The notes under the pieces are model-generated. The model was not told where the DNA came from, searched no databases, and saw only the letters and a list, made by a program, of their open reading frames with translations. Below, one piece after another: positions 28,204-39,183 of a stretch of 64,000 bases of DNA (positions are counted from its first letter, which is position 1; every line of letters begins with the position of its first letter). The translations under genes and the position numbers were made by a program. The DNA is taken from NCBI GenBank assembly GCA_963832165.1, contig CAWHTE010000003.1:1-64000 (forward strand). The letters are read 5' to 3'. Source of the stretch: an uncultured delta proteobacterium. GTDB taxonomy: Bacteria; Myxococcota_A; UBA9160; SMWR01.

Positions 28204-29154
28204 ATGGGCAACTCATCGGCAGAACAGCGGAAGATCTGGATCGATGGCGAGCTGGTTCCGTGGGGGCAGGCCACGGTGCACGTGCTTTCCCACAGCCTCC
28301 AGCGCGGCTCGCTGATCTTCGACTACATGAGCGTCTACGAGACCGCGCGCGGGCCCGCGGTGTTCCGGATGCGCGAGCACGTGGAGCGCCTGCTGCACTC
28401 GGCCGAGCTCGTGGGACTCCCGCTCACGCTCGGCTCCGATGCGATCGAGTCGGCGATCCTCACCACGGTGCGCGCGAACCCGGGCGCCACGGCCGTGAAG
28501 GTGAGCGCGTACCTGCCCTCGATCGAGGTGGACGTGGTTCCGCTCGACCCGCACGTCGCGGTGGCGATCGCCGCCTACGACCCGCAGGCCGACGTCAACG
28601 CGGGCAAGCCGAGCAAGCCCCACCGCCCCGCGACGCTCAAGATCTGGATCGAGAAGGCGGTGAAGAATCGCCGCGAAGACATCGTGCCGCCGCAGGCGAA
28701 GGTTTCGGGCAACTACACGTCGCCGATGCAGGCGAAGTGGATCGCGCGCCGCGCGGGCTACGACGAGATCCTGCTCGTGGACGAGGAAGGCTATGTCGCC
28801 GAGGGGCCCACCACGAATGTCTTCCTGGTCGACGCGGCGGGCGTGCTCGCGACGCCGCCCCTCGAGAAGGTGCTGCACGGCGTGACGCGCAGCTCGATCC
28901 TCGAGCTCGCGCGCGCCGAGGGCCTCGTCACCGAGGAGCGCCGGATCACCCCGGAAGCGCTCGCGCTGGCCGACGAGGTGTTCCTGACTGGCACCACCGC
29001 GGGCGTATGGCCCGTGGAGAGCGTCGACGGCGAGAAGATCGCGGGTGGTGCGCCCGGCCCCGTGAGCGCGCGGCTCGCGACGCGCTTCCGCGCCGCGACG
29101 CGCGGTGAGGACCCCGCGTTCGCGCACTGGCTCACGCCGGTGAACGAGAGCTAG
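28204..29154 (+). CDS. ilvE: Class IV aminotransferase (branched-chain amino acid aminotransferase-like)
   Basis: IWIDGE, HVERL, AKVSGNY, AEGPTTN, LHGVTR, EVFLTGT. Confidence 0.85.
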   Translation: MGNSSAEQRKIWIDGELVPWGQATVHVLSHSLQRGSLIFDYMSVYETARGPAVFRMREHVERLLHSAELVGLPLTLGSDAIESAILTTVRANPGATAVKVSAYLPSIEVDVVPLDPHVAVAIAAYDPQADVNAGKPSKPHRPATLKIWIEKAVKNRREDIVPPQAKVSGNYTSPMQAKWIARRAGYDEILLVDEEGYVAEGPTTNVFLVDAAGVLATPPLEKVLHGVTRSSILELARAEGLVTEERRITPEALALADEVFLTGTTAGVWPVESVDGEKIAGGAPGPVSARLATRFRAATRGEDPAFAHWLTPVNES

Positions 29155-29163
29155 GCGATCCGC

Positions 29164-30147
29164 TTGCGCGTTCTCTCCGGGATCCAGCCCTCGCTCGACT
29201 TCCTGCACATCGGCAACTACTTCGGTGCGCTGCGCCAGTTCGTGGCGCTCCAGGAACAGCACGAGATGCTGCTGTTCATCGCCGACTATCACTCGATGAA
29301 CAGCGTGCGCGACGGCGCGCAGCGGCGCGCGTTCACGCATTCGGTGGCGCTCGACTATCTCGCGTGCGGGATCGATCCGCAGCGCGCGATGCTGTTTCGC
29401 CAATCCGACATGCCCGAGGTGACGGAGCTGTCGTGGCTGCTCTCGACGGTCACGCCGATGGGGCTGCTCGAGCGCGCGGTGTCGTACAAGGACAAGGTGG
29501 CCCAGGGGCAGCCCACCGATCACGGCCTGTTCGCGTACCCGGTGCTCCAGGCGGCCGACATCCTGCTCTATCGCTCCGAGCTCGTGCCGGTCGGGCAGGA
29601 CCAGAAGCAGCACATCGAGATGGCGCGCGACATCGCGCAGCGCTTCAACAACACCTACGGCGAAGATCTGCTCGTCGTGCCGGAGCCCTACATCCCCGAG
29701 GAGGTGGCCGTGGTGCCCGGCACCGACGGGCGCAAGATGAGCAAGACCTACGGCAACGCGATCGCGATGTTCGCGGCGCCGGGTGAGATCAAGAAGGCGG
29801 TGATGGGCATCGTCACCGACTCGACCCCCGTGGAGGCACCCAAGGATCCGGGAACCCACCTGTTCCAGCTCTGGTCGCTGTTCGCGAGCGAAGCCGAGCG
29901 CGAGGAGATGAAGGCGCGCGCCCTGGCGGGTGGGCTCGGCTACGGCGAGGTGAAGAAGGACCTGCTCGCGCGCGTGACGGAGAAGTTCGCGCCGATGCGC
30001 GCGCGGCGCGATGCGCTCGCGGCACGGCCGAGCGACGTCGAGGACGTGCTCGCCGACGGCGCGCGGCGCGCGCGCGCGATCGCGCGGCCCGTGCTCGACG
30101 CGTGCCGCGAGGCGGCGGGGCTCGGGGCCAGTCGTAGGGCGGATTAG
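29164..30147 (+). CDS. trpS: Tryptophanyl-tRNA synthetase
   Basis: SGIQPS, HIGNY, YPVLQAADILLY, VPVGQDQKQH, KMSKT. Confidence 0.97.
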   Translation: MRVLSGIQPSLDFLHIGNYFGALRQFVALQEQHEMLLFIADYHSMNSVRDGAQRRAFTHSVALDYLACGIDPQRAMLFRQSDMPEVTELSWLLSTVTPMGLLERAVSYKDKVAQGQPTDHGLFAYPVLQAADILLYRSELVPVGQDQKQHIEMARDIAQRFNNTYGEDLLVVPEPYIPEEVAVVPGTDGRKMSKTYGNAIAMFAAPGEIKKAVMGIVTDSTPVEAPKDPGTHLFQLWSLFASEAEREEMKARALAGGLGYGEVKKDLLARVTEKFAPMRARRDALAARPSDVEDVLADGARRARAIARPVLDACREAAGLGASRRAD

Positions 30148-30167
30148 GCCGAAGGCCGTAATCCGCC
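30134..30167 (+). repeat. GTAG-type REP
   Basis: GTAGGGCGGATTAGGCCGAAGGCCGTAATCCGCC. Confidence 0.85.
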
Positions 30168-30180
30168 GTCGGGAGAAGCG

Positions 30181-30708
30181 ATGACGATCAGCGAACTGGG
30201 GGCATTGGGCGAGTTGGTCAGCGCGGTCGCGGTGGTGATCACGATCTGGTACCTCGCGGTCCAGATCCGCCAGAACACGCACTCGATCGAAGAGAACAAG
30301 CGCCTCGCGCTCGCGCAGACCTATCAGATGCGCGCCGACGCGCTCCAGAGCATGCTCGTGCACGCGGCCGAGTCGCAGTTCATCGGACCGCTGATCACGA
30401 AGCTCACGCAGCTGGGCTATCCCGAGGACGTGTCGGCGCTCGATCGCTTGTCGCCCGACGAACGCGGCCGTTTCCGGCAGTGGCAGATCGCCCAGCAGAC
30501 GCACTGGGACAACATGTTCTTCCAGTATCAGCAGGGCTATCTCGACGAGGAGTACTACCAGGACTCGTTCCGCGAGCGCGTCGCACGTCTCGCGCCCACG
30601 TGGAAGGCGCTCGGCATCACGGGCGGTCGCCGCAGCTTCAGCGAGGAGATCGAGCGGCTGCTCGCGACGCGCACACCCGTCGTTGACGAGTCTCCGCCGC
30701 AGACGTAG
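30181..30708 (+). CDS. Conserved hypothetical protein with N-terminal TM
   Basis: ELGALGELVSAVAVVITIWYLAVQIRQNT...FFQYQQGYLD; good RBS. Confidence 0.75.
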   Translation: MTISELGALGELVSAVAVVITIWYLAVQIRQNTHSIEENKRLALAQTYQMRADALQSMLVHAAESQFIGPLITKLTQLGYPEDVSALDRLSPDERGRFRQWQIAQQTHWDNMFFQYQQGYLDEEYYQDSFRERVARLAPTWKALGITGGRRSFSEEIERLLATRTPVVDESPPQT

Positions 30709-30787
30709 TTTCATTCGTACCGCGTGAGGCCGATACCCACGCGAAGAAGCCCGCCGGGAGCGAGATGCCCTGGCGAAGGAGAACCGC

Positions 30788-31255
30788 ATGTACACCACCA
30801 TGCGCTGGTGGCGGCTCGCAGGTTGCGAGCCGTCGTTTGCTGGAGCCGGCTGCGGCCCGACGCCGCGCGCGTACGGACTCCGAATGGAGACGCACGGGCA
30901 CGGCGGCTCCCACGGAGGTCGGGGTGCCCGGCGTCCGCTGCGCTACCTGGCCTGGAAGCTCGAGCTCGACGACGAGCAGCTCTCCGAGGTGGCGAAGGTC
31001 CTCGGCGAGCTCAAGACGGAGCGCGCGCAGGGCGAGGTCGACGCGACGAGATGGCAGGCGGCGCTCGCCGACGCCATGTCGGCGGAGTCGTTCGACGCGA
31101 GCCGCGCAGGCGAGGGTGCGGCGCTGCGCGCAAGCAGCGCGGAGCGCATGCGCAGCGCGACGCTGAAGGCGCTCGAGAGCCTGCACGCGCTGCTCGGGCC
31201 CGATCAGCGCCGGACGCTCGCGTATCTGATCCGCACCGGGGCGATCTCGTTCTAG
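30788..31255 (+). CDS. Spy/CpxP-like helical protein
   Basis: KLELDDEQ...LHALLGPDQR repeats; AAGGAG RBS. Confidence 0.7.
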   Translation: MYTTMRWWRLAGCEPSFAGAGCGPTPRAYGLRMETHGHGGSHGGRGARRPLRYLAWKLELDDEQLSEVAKVLGELKTERAQGEVDATRWQAALADAMSAESFDASRAGEGAALRASSAERMRSATLKALESLHALLGPDQRRTLAYLIRTGAISF

Positions 31256-31266
31256 GAGCGCGGGAT

Positions 31267-31300
31267 GGCGGATTACGCCCTTCGGGCTAATCCGCCCTAC
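31267..31300 (-). repeat. GTAG-type REP
   Basis: GGCGGATTACGCCCTTCGGGCTAATCCGCCCTAC. Confidence 0.85.
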
Positions 31301-33675
31301 GAAGAGCTAGGAGCACAGGCGCGCCTAGCACGAGGGTGAGCCACGCGGCCGCGGAGATCCCATCCGCGGCCGCGATCACCGCGGGCCGCACGAGGCGGAG
31401 CTCGACCTCGTGGTGACCCGGCGTGACGTGCACCGCCATGTGCGCGATCGCGGCGCGCAACACCGGAGCGGGTCGGCCGTCGACGAGCGCGCGCCACCAC
31501 GGGTGGTAGCCCTCGCTCACGAAGACGAGCGCGGGCTCGGCGCCCGCATCGATCTCCATCTCGATGCGCTCGGGCTCCCCGCGGCGGAACTCCACTTCGA
31601 TCGGCGCGGGTGCGGGGGTCGCGAGCAGCGGCTCCGCGGGTGCGCTCGCGAGCACGGCCGAAGCGCCCGCGCGCAACGCTTGCGCTGCGGCGGGTTCCGG
31701 TGGCAGCGCGACGAGCAGCGCGTTCGCGCGCAGCGCCGCGGCCGCCGCGTGGGCGGCCGAGTTCAGGTCGTCACCGGTCCAGAGCATCCATTCCCGGTAT
31801 CCCTGCGCGCGCGGCGCGACGCCGGGTCGCTCCCAGAGCCCGTAGCGCGCATCGCCGCGGATGCGCCGCCACGCGCCTCCCGGAGCGGGCTCGCTCGACG
31901 AGATCAGCGCATAACGCACGCGCGCGGCGTCGAGCAGAGCTTCGTAGCGATTGCCCGAGGCGGGCGCGCCATCGGGCGCGGCATCGCCTAGCGCTGCGAG
32001 CGCATAGCCTTCGCCCCAGTACTTTCCCGCCTGCCAGAAGATCCACCCCCAGGCGTGTCCAGCTTGCGAGTGCGCGAGCACCCAGCTCGAGAGCGGCGAG
32101 TACTCTGGGCGGGGGCCGAGGCCGATCCGGAGCATGCCGCCATCGCTGGGCAGATCGGCTACGAGCCAGGTGGATCCGCGCAGCAGGTCGAGCGGGTCCC
32201 CCGAAGCGAAGCTGCGCGTGCTCGGCCAGTAGTCGAGCACGAGCGCCGCAAGGACCGCGGCGGGCAGCGCCCGGCCGAGCGGCCATGGCGCCGCGCGCCG
32301 TGCAAGAGCGGCGAGGCAGACCGCGAACCAGAGCGAGAGCGCGAACGGCGCGGTGTCGAAGAAGTGCCCCGGCGAGCGCTGCACCGCGAACATGGGCAGC
32401 CATGCGCACGCGTTCCAGAGCGAGGCCGTGGGAAAGAATGCGAGCAGCGCCGCGGCGAGCCAGGGTCCCACGCGCGCGGGCGCCGCATCGCTCGAGCCGC
32501 GTCGCGCCCGCCACCACTGCACGGCCGCGACGATCGCGCACAGCGCGGCTCCCGCGCGCAGCGCGACCGCGATCCGCGCCTCGGTGACCGTCCGCCCAGT
32601 GCAGCGCTCCGGCCACCTGCCAGAGCAGCGTGCGCGGCCCGAGCGCGAGCCAGTACTGGAGCAGGAACGCGAGGCCCGCGAGCGCCGCCCAACGCCGCAG
32701 TCGGGGCTCGCGCCGCAGGGCGAGCGATCCGACCGCGATCACCGCGATCAGCACCGCGCCGAGGTAGCGCTGTCCGCCATCGGGGATCGCCATGCCGTAG
32801 CGCGGCTGGTGCTCTGCGAGCCACGGACCGAGTACGTCGTCGCGGTTGACGAACAGGAACGGCGAGCGCTCCACGTAGATGCCGCGCTGTTGCTCGGTGA
32901 TCTCCGCGGGCATCAGGCCGTGATTCTTCGCATCGATCGCGAGCCATGCGATCGGGGAGGCCGCGAACGCGGCGAAGACCGCGAGCGCGGCCAGCATGCG
33001 CAGCGACCAGCGCCGCACGAGCGCAGCGTCGCGCCAGGTCGCGCGCTCGTCCGGATCGGTGCTCCAGGGCCGGAACAGCGCGAGGCCGAGCACGACGAGC
33101 GGCGCGGTGGCCGCGTGCACCCAGCTGTTCGCGAACTGACAGGCGACCGCGAGGCCGAGCGCGATCGCAAAGCGCGCGCCCCCGCGGCGCAGGAGCTCGA
33201 TCGCGGCGATCCAGAGGAAGGGCAGGAGCGCCGTGGCCACGGCCACGTCGAGGTGCTCGATCTGGTGGTTCGCGATCGCGCCATACGAGTAGGCGTACCC
33301 CGCAGCGATCCCGATCGCGGGTGCCGCGAGCTCGCGGGCGACCAGCCAGTAGAGCCCGAACGCGCCGATCACGCGCAGCAGCACGAACGCGAGCTTGGTC
33401 GCGAGCACGGAATCGAAGGCGACCGCGAGCGGGAAGACCCCGATCTCCTTCCAGTTCGGCGTGAAGTTCGTGGTGCCGCCGTAGCACTCGATGCACCAGG
33501 CGGGCACGCGGCCGTACTCGAGCAGCGCGTCGCGCACGTACTGGATCTGAGCCGCATAGCCCGGGAAGTCGCCGGGCGGCATGCGGTCGTCCGTGAACCA
33601 CGCGCGGGTCTGGATCGCGGCCGCGAGCGCGAACGCGAGCAGCGCGACGAGGTGCCATGCGCGGTGGGAATTCAC
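31287..33675 (-). CDS. YfhO-like polytopic membrane protein (GT-C-like), split by a +1 frameshift at about 32590
   Basis: N-terminal GD...G.VP.W...YGG motif; many TM segments; C-terminal SEGYHPWWRALVDG...MAVHVTPGHHEVEL. Confidence 0.75.
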
Positions 33676-33717
33676 GCGCGGATTCTCACCGATCCCGCGC
33701 GCAGTCGCGAAGCGGTG

Positions 33718-36700
33718 TCAGGCGCGGTCGGCCGTCCGGCGCCGCCGCAGCCAGGCGAGCAGGGGCAGCGCGCAGCCGAGCGCGGCCCACGCACCGGGCT
33801 CGGGCAGGTACTCGACGACCAGGTCGTCGGTGCGCAGCCCCGCGCCCGTGAGGTCGTTGTTGACGACGAAGTCGAGCGTGTTCACGCCGTGTGCGAAGGC
33901 GCCGGGGAAGCTGCCTTCGTCGATCTGGAGCGCGTGCCACGCATTCGACCCGTTCGATGCGGAAGTGTGGCCCGTCGACGTGCCGTTGATCCGGATGTCG
34001 GTCGTGCCGTTCTGCGAGCTCCAGCGTCCCGTGAGGGTGACCGAGCTCAGCACCGCGTCGGCGGGGATCGTGAACGAGGTGCGGATCGTGTGGGCTCCGG
34101 GCAGCGAGCCCACCTCGAGCCACTGCGAGTCGGGCTCGGTGTGCGCGCAGTCGACCCAGCCCGGCGATGCGCAGCCGACCTGATCGCTGTTCGAGCCCGG
34201 CGGCCCGGCCGTGACCGCGTAGTGCGGATCGTCGCTGCCCGCCGCGAGCTTGGCAAAGGCCGCGTCGAGGCCGGTGTCGAAGAGATCGGTGACCGTCGCG
34301 GTCCCGACCGGCGGCGGCTGCACGTCGCCCGGATCGAGCTCGGCGAGGAACGCCGCGATCGCGCTGCGCTCGGCCGGCGTCGTGGATTCATTGGAGTGGG
34401 CCGCGATCGCCGCCTCGAGCGTCGCCGCGGAGCCGTCGTGGAGGTAGGGCGCGGTGGATCCGACACCGATCAGCGTCGGCGTGTCGAAGCCGTCGAGCGG
34501 TCCCTGGAGCCGGTGCCCGCTGCCCGCGTGGATCGTGCCGACGTCGTGACGCGCGTCGGGCGCGCTGTCGGTGAAGGTGGTGCCGGCGTGGCAGGTGCCG
34601 CAGCCGTGCTCTGCGAACGCGACGCGACCCTCCTGGGCCAGCGCCGAGAACGCGCCGCCCGCGCGCTGCGCGCTCGCGGGTGCGCTCGCGAGCGAGCCGA
34701 GGTAGGCCGCCAGCGCGTCGAGATCGGCGCTGAATCCGGCCTTCGGATCGCCCAGCGGCTGCGCGCGCGTGCCCGCAAAGAAGTCCGCGTTGTTCATGAG
34801 GCCGCTGCCGCCCGCGAGCGTGCGGATCTGGCCCTCGAAGTCCTGCACCTCGTCGAAGTTGCTGGTCCAGTGCAGGGGGCCCTGACCCAGGCCGGCCTTG
34901 CCGCGCAGATCGCTCGTGTTGCGCAGGCCTTCGCCGAAGCCCGAGAGATCCCAGACGCGGCCGTCCTGGCCGCCGTCGTTGTGGCACGACGCGCACGACA
35001 TGTAGTTGTCGCGCGCGAGCCGGTCGTCGGCCGCGTCGTAGAAGAGCCGCTTGCCGAGCAGCACGTTGGCGGGCATCTGCTCGGAAGCCACGGTCGTGAC
35101 GGTTCCGAGCAGCGGAGCCTGCGTCACGTGCAGCGCGACCATGTTCGTGACGTCGAAGCGCGTCAGGGTGCGATCCATGAAGTTGTGCACGTAGAGCGTG
35201 CGGCCGTTGCTCGAGAACGCGACGCCCTGCGGCGCGCGGCCGACGGCGAGCCGCGTCAGCTGGAAGCCCTGGGTCGTGTCGTAGACCGCCACCTCTTTGC
35301 TGGTCTCGAGCGCGACGAAGAGATACCGGCCGTCGCCCGTGACCGCGGCGCCGGTCGCTAAGCCCGCGTTGTCGTGGTCGATCCGCTGTCCGGTCTGTTC
35401 GGTGCCGCTCGGCAGATCCACCACCGAGGTCACCGCGCGCACGGTCTGGTCGAACGTCATGCCCGTGTTTCCGCGGTAGGCGCCGCCTCGCACGTTGTCC
35501 TGCTTCGACGGCACGTAGGCCTTCGAGCCGAAGAGCACTGGGGCGTTCAGGTAGTTCGCGATGCCCGGGCCCGAGACCTCGGCCGGCGGGCGACTCGAGT
35601 AGCCGAACGTGACCGTCTGCGAGAGCGTCATCGCGCCCGTCGCCACCGCGAACAGCTGGCCGCCGCCGCCGCTCACGTCGATCTGGTCGTCCTCACCCGG
35701 CAGCGGCGGGGTGACGAAGTTCGTGACGTAGAGCGTCTGGCCGTCGGCGCTCACGGCGAGATGGCGCGGCTTGCCGGAGAGCGCGGCACTGGCCGAGAGC
35801 GCTCCCGTCGAACGCGTGCGCTTGTCCACGCGCGCGAGCGCCTCGAGCGCGACGAAGAACGTGTCGCTGCCGGGTGCGAACGAGATGCCGTGCGGCTGCG
35901 AAGCCACGGGCAGCGTGACCGTGCGCACCACCGCGAGCGTCTGCGTGCTGATCACCGAGATCGTCGCCGATCCCTTGTTCGCGACGAACACCTCGTTCGC
36001 GAGCGGCGCCTTGGCGAGCGACCACGGGCGGTCGCCGACCTGGATCTCCGCGACGACCGCGCCCGCGGCGCTCGTGACGGTGACCGAGTGATTGTCCGGA
36101 TTCACGTTCCAGATGCGGTCGGCGCCGCTGCTGCCCTCGACGATCAGCGTCGTCGAGTGGAACGGAGCGGAGACGGGCGTCACGCCGTGCTCGGGCAGCC
36201 ACTTGGCGGGATCGCTCGGGAACGCGTCGGAGTTGTCGCCGTGGCCGTCGCCGTCGGTGTCGTCCCACTCGGTGGGATCGTTCGGGAAGGCATCCTCCGA
36301 GTCGGGCACGCCGTCGCCGTCGCTGTCCACGGGCGGCGGCGGCGGACCCACGTACACGAGGCGCATCCAGTCGAGCTTCGTGCCGGCTTCGCGGTGGATC
36401 ACCTCGACCGTGTGAGGTCCCGCGCCGAGCGTCACGAGCACGGGGTCGGTGGCCGTGAGCGCGTCGGAGACGAAGTCGGTCTGCCATGCGCTGTTGACGG
36501 GTATCTCCCAGTCGATGCCGCTGCTGGGCAGGCCGTCGACGAGGACCCAGAACGAATTCTGCCCGCTGGTCGCCGCGAGGACGCGACCTTCGAGCTTGTA
36601 CTGCCCGGGCTGCGCCACCGTGAACGTGAGCGCTCCCCGGCTGCGTGCTGGTCGGGCCGCTCGTCGACGCGGTGCCGCTCGGCAGCCAGATGTAGCGGCC

Positions 36701-38971
36701 GTTGCGCGCCGCTGCGTCGAGACCGACCGTGAGCGAGCCCGCGAGCACGGCGCTCTCGGCCTCGAGATCGAGGGGGTCGCCGGTGCCGCCGTCGTTGCGC
36801 AGCACCTGGAAGGTCTGGCCGATCGACGGCACGCCCGCGCTGTCGACCGCGAAGATCCAGTAGTAGCCCGGGATCAGCACGTTCGGGTTCGGCTCGAGCT
36901 GCACTGCGTAGGAGCCGTCGCCGTTGTCGGTGAAGGGGAGCGGCAGATAGCGCTGATCGGTGTTCATCGCGTGCGTGGTCGCCGAGAGCCGCACCATGCT
37001 GAACTTCGCGATCGTTCCCGTCGCGAACACGGTGATCTCGCCGCCTGCCTCGCCGATCGCGGGCGCCGCCGTGATCGCGGGCCGGCTCGCCAGGCTGCCG
37101 TCCGAGTTGAACAGGTACGGCGGCGAGAAGATCTGTCCGTCGAGATGGTTCGCGGCACAGCCGTCGCCGCACGCGCCGCCGCCCGCCGACAGCACGCGAG
37201 CGTCCTTGAGCAGGAGCGCGGTCGAGTGGTAGGTGCGGGCCACGGCCATGTTCGCGAGCGTGCGCCACTGGTTCGTGGTGGGGTTCCAGGCCTCGGCGGC
37301 GAAGACGGAGCCCGCGTCGTTGAACTGCACGCCGGTGTTGTTGCCGCCGATCACGAGCACCTCGCCGGTCGGCAGCGTCACCGAGTTGTGGAACGCGCGC
37401 GCAAACGCCATCGGCGCCGCCGACGAGATCACGGGGCTCGGGCCGTTGAGGTCGATCTGATAGACCGCGCTCGTGGTCGCGGGATTCTGGGTGCGGTCCG
37501 AGCCGCCCACGAGCAGCACCTTGCCCGCGCCGTAGGTGACCGCGTTGCCCCACATCCGCGTGCGCGTGCCCGCGGGCTGGCCGAGCGACTGCACGCTGCC
37601 CGAGTTGCGCGGATCGAACAGGTGCCAGGTCTGGGTCGGCCCGCCGTGAAAGACGCGCCCGTCCGGCGCCACGGCCATCTGACCCCACCACTCCAGCCCG
37701 CCGGCGGGGTTGGCGTCGTTCTGACCGTTCTCGGCGTTCTGCTCGTTGAGCAGGTCCTGCATCGTCGCGCCGGTGGTCGCGATCCAGTTGTTGGTCGCGG
37801 TGTTGTAGCGCTCGGAGGTGTTGCCGGCTCCGTTCGCGAAGGTCGCGAACAGCTCGTTGCTCGGCAGCGCGAGCACGGTGCTGTACCAGCGGTTCTGGTT
37901 CATGTTGTCGATCGCCTGCCACGCGAGCGTCGACGGGTTGAACGAGCTCGTGCGCGTGTCGAACGGATTGCCGCCGGCCGCGACGATCCGGCCGTCCTCG
38001 AGCGTGGAGACGCCCGCGCAGAACATGTCGTGGAAGTTGCTGTTGGTGGTCTGGAACGTGCTCGCGCTCGGGTCGAACACCGAGGAGTAGGTGAACTCCC
38101 GGTTGCTCGGGAATTCGTTCGTCTCGGTCGACGACCACGAGAGCACGCGCCCGTCGGGCAGGTTGGCCGCGCTGATCGCGATGTGCGGCCACGCGATCAC
38201 GGGGCCCCAGGATCCGAGCGTTGACACGGGGGGCGGCGGGGGTGGGGGCGGCGGCTCTCCTCCCGCGACGGCCGTGTTCATGTCGTTCTGGATCTCGGAC
38301 TGCGAGAGCGCGCGGTTGTAGATCCGCAGCTCGTCGATTCGTCCCGGGAAGAACTCGTCGCTGTAGGTGTTGCCCCCGATGCGGAGCGGGTTGTTATTGA
38401 CCTCGAGGCTGCCAGTGCGGCTCTGGCTGCCCACCTGGGTTCCGTTCAGGTACAGGCGCAGCGACGCTCCGTCGTAGGTGCCGGCCATGTAGGTCCACTC
38501 GTTCAAGGGCAGCGCGTTCGGTCCTTGCGCGGTGGTGCAACAGTTCCCAGCGAACGTCCCGCCGACTCCCACCTTGTTGCTGCTCGTGTTGGCGTTCAGG
38601 TAATAGGCATCTACTTCCTTCTGCAGGATCACCTTCCAGTCCGACATCGCCGACGTCGGATACACCCAGGCCTCGATCGTCATGCCCGTCGTCAGATCGA
38701 GCGAGCTCGAATCCGGGATCAGCACGACGTCGTTCGTGCCGTCGAAACTCAGCGCCGGGCCGTAGCGGCCCGACGGCGTCCGGATCGCGCCGCTGATCGA
38801 GCCGTGGTTCCCCAACCCCGAGGCGTCGGCGACGGTGGGCCCGCTCGCTTCGTCGAACGCGTACGCAGCGACAAGGCCCGACTGGGCCGAAGCCGTGCCC
38901 GCGGCGAGCGAGAGCGCGAGCGACGCAGCCCAGGCTGCCAGGCGGGAGTGGGGGGGTAGGGCTCTCGGCAC
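33718..38971 (-). CDS. Multidomain PEP-CTERM protein: LamG - AA5 galactose-oxidase-like - CBM-like - TSP3 - YVTN propeller - di-haem c domain; +1 frameshift at about 36643
   Basis: HDMFCAG, RWYS, RTYHS, ATTH; DSDGDG repeats; CASCH and CGTCH; YLPEP-TM-RRRR; start at 38971 or 39055. Confidence 0.82.
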
Positions 38972-39183
38972 GGCGGCGTTCGGCTCCCGGGGTGGATCGC
39001 GAGGCGAATGCCCGCCATTCCAAGTGGCCGCGAGTGGCTGGAAGGTTACAGCCATGGTCGGGATTCCGATCCCGGCCCCCCGTCGGAGCCGGAAGCGCCG
39101 CAGAAACGGGTGAATTCAGCGGCGAGCTGCGCGTGGCTGTCACCGTCGGCGCAGCGCCGCCAGGACGGGCAGGGCGCGCGCGC

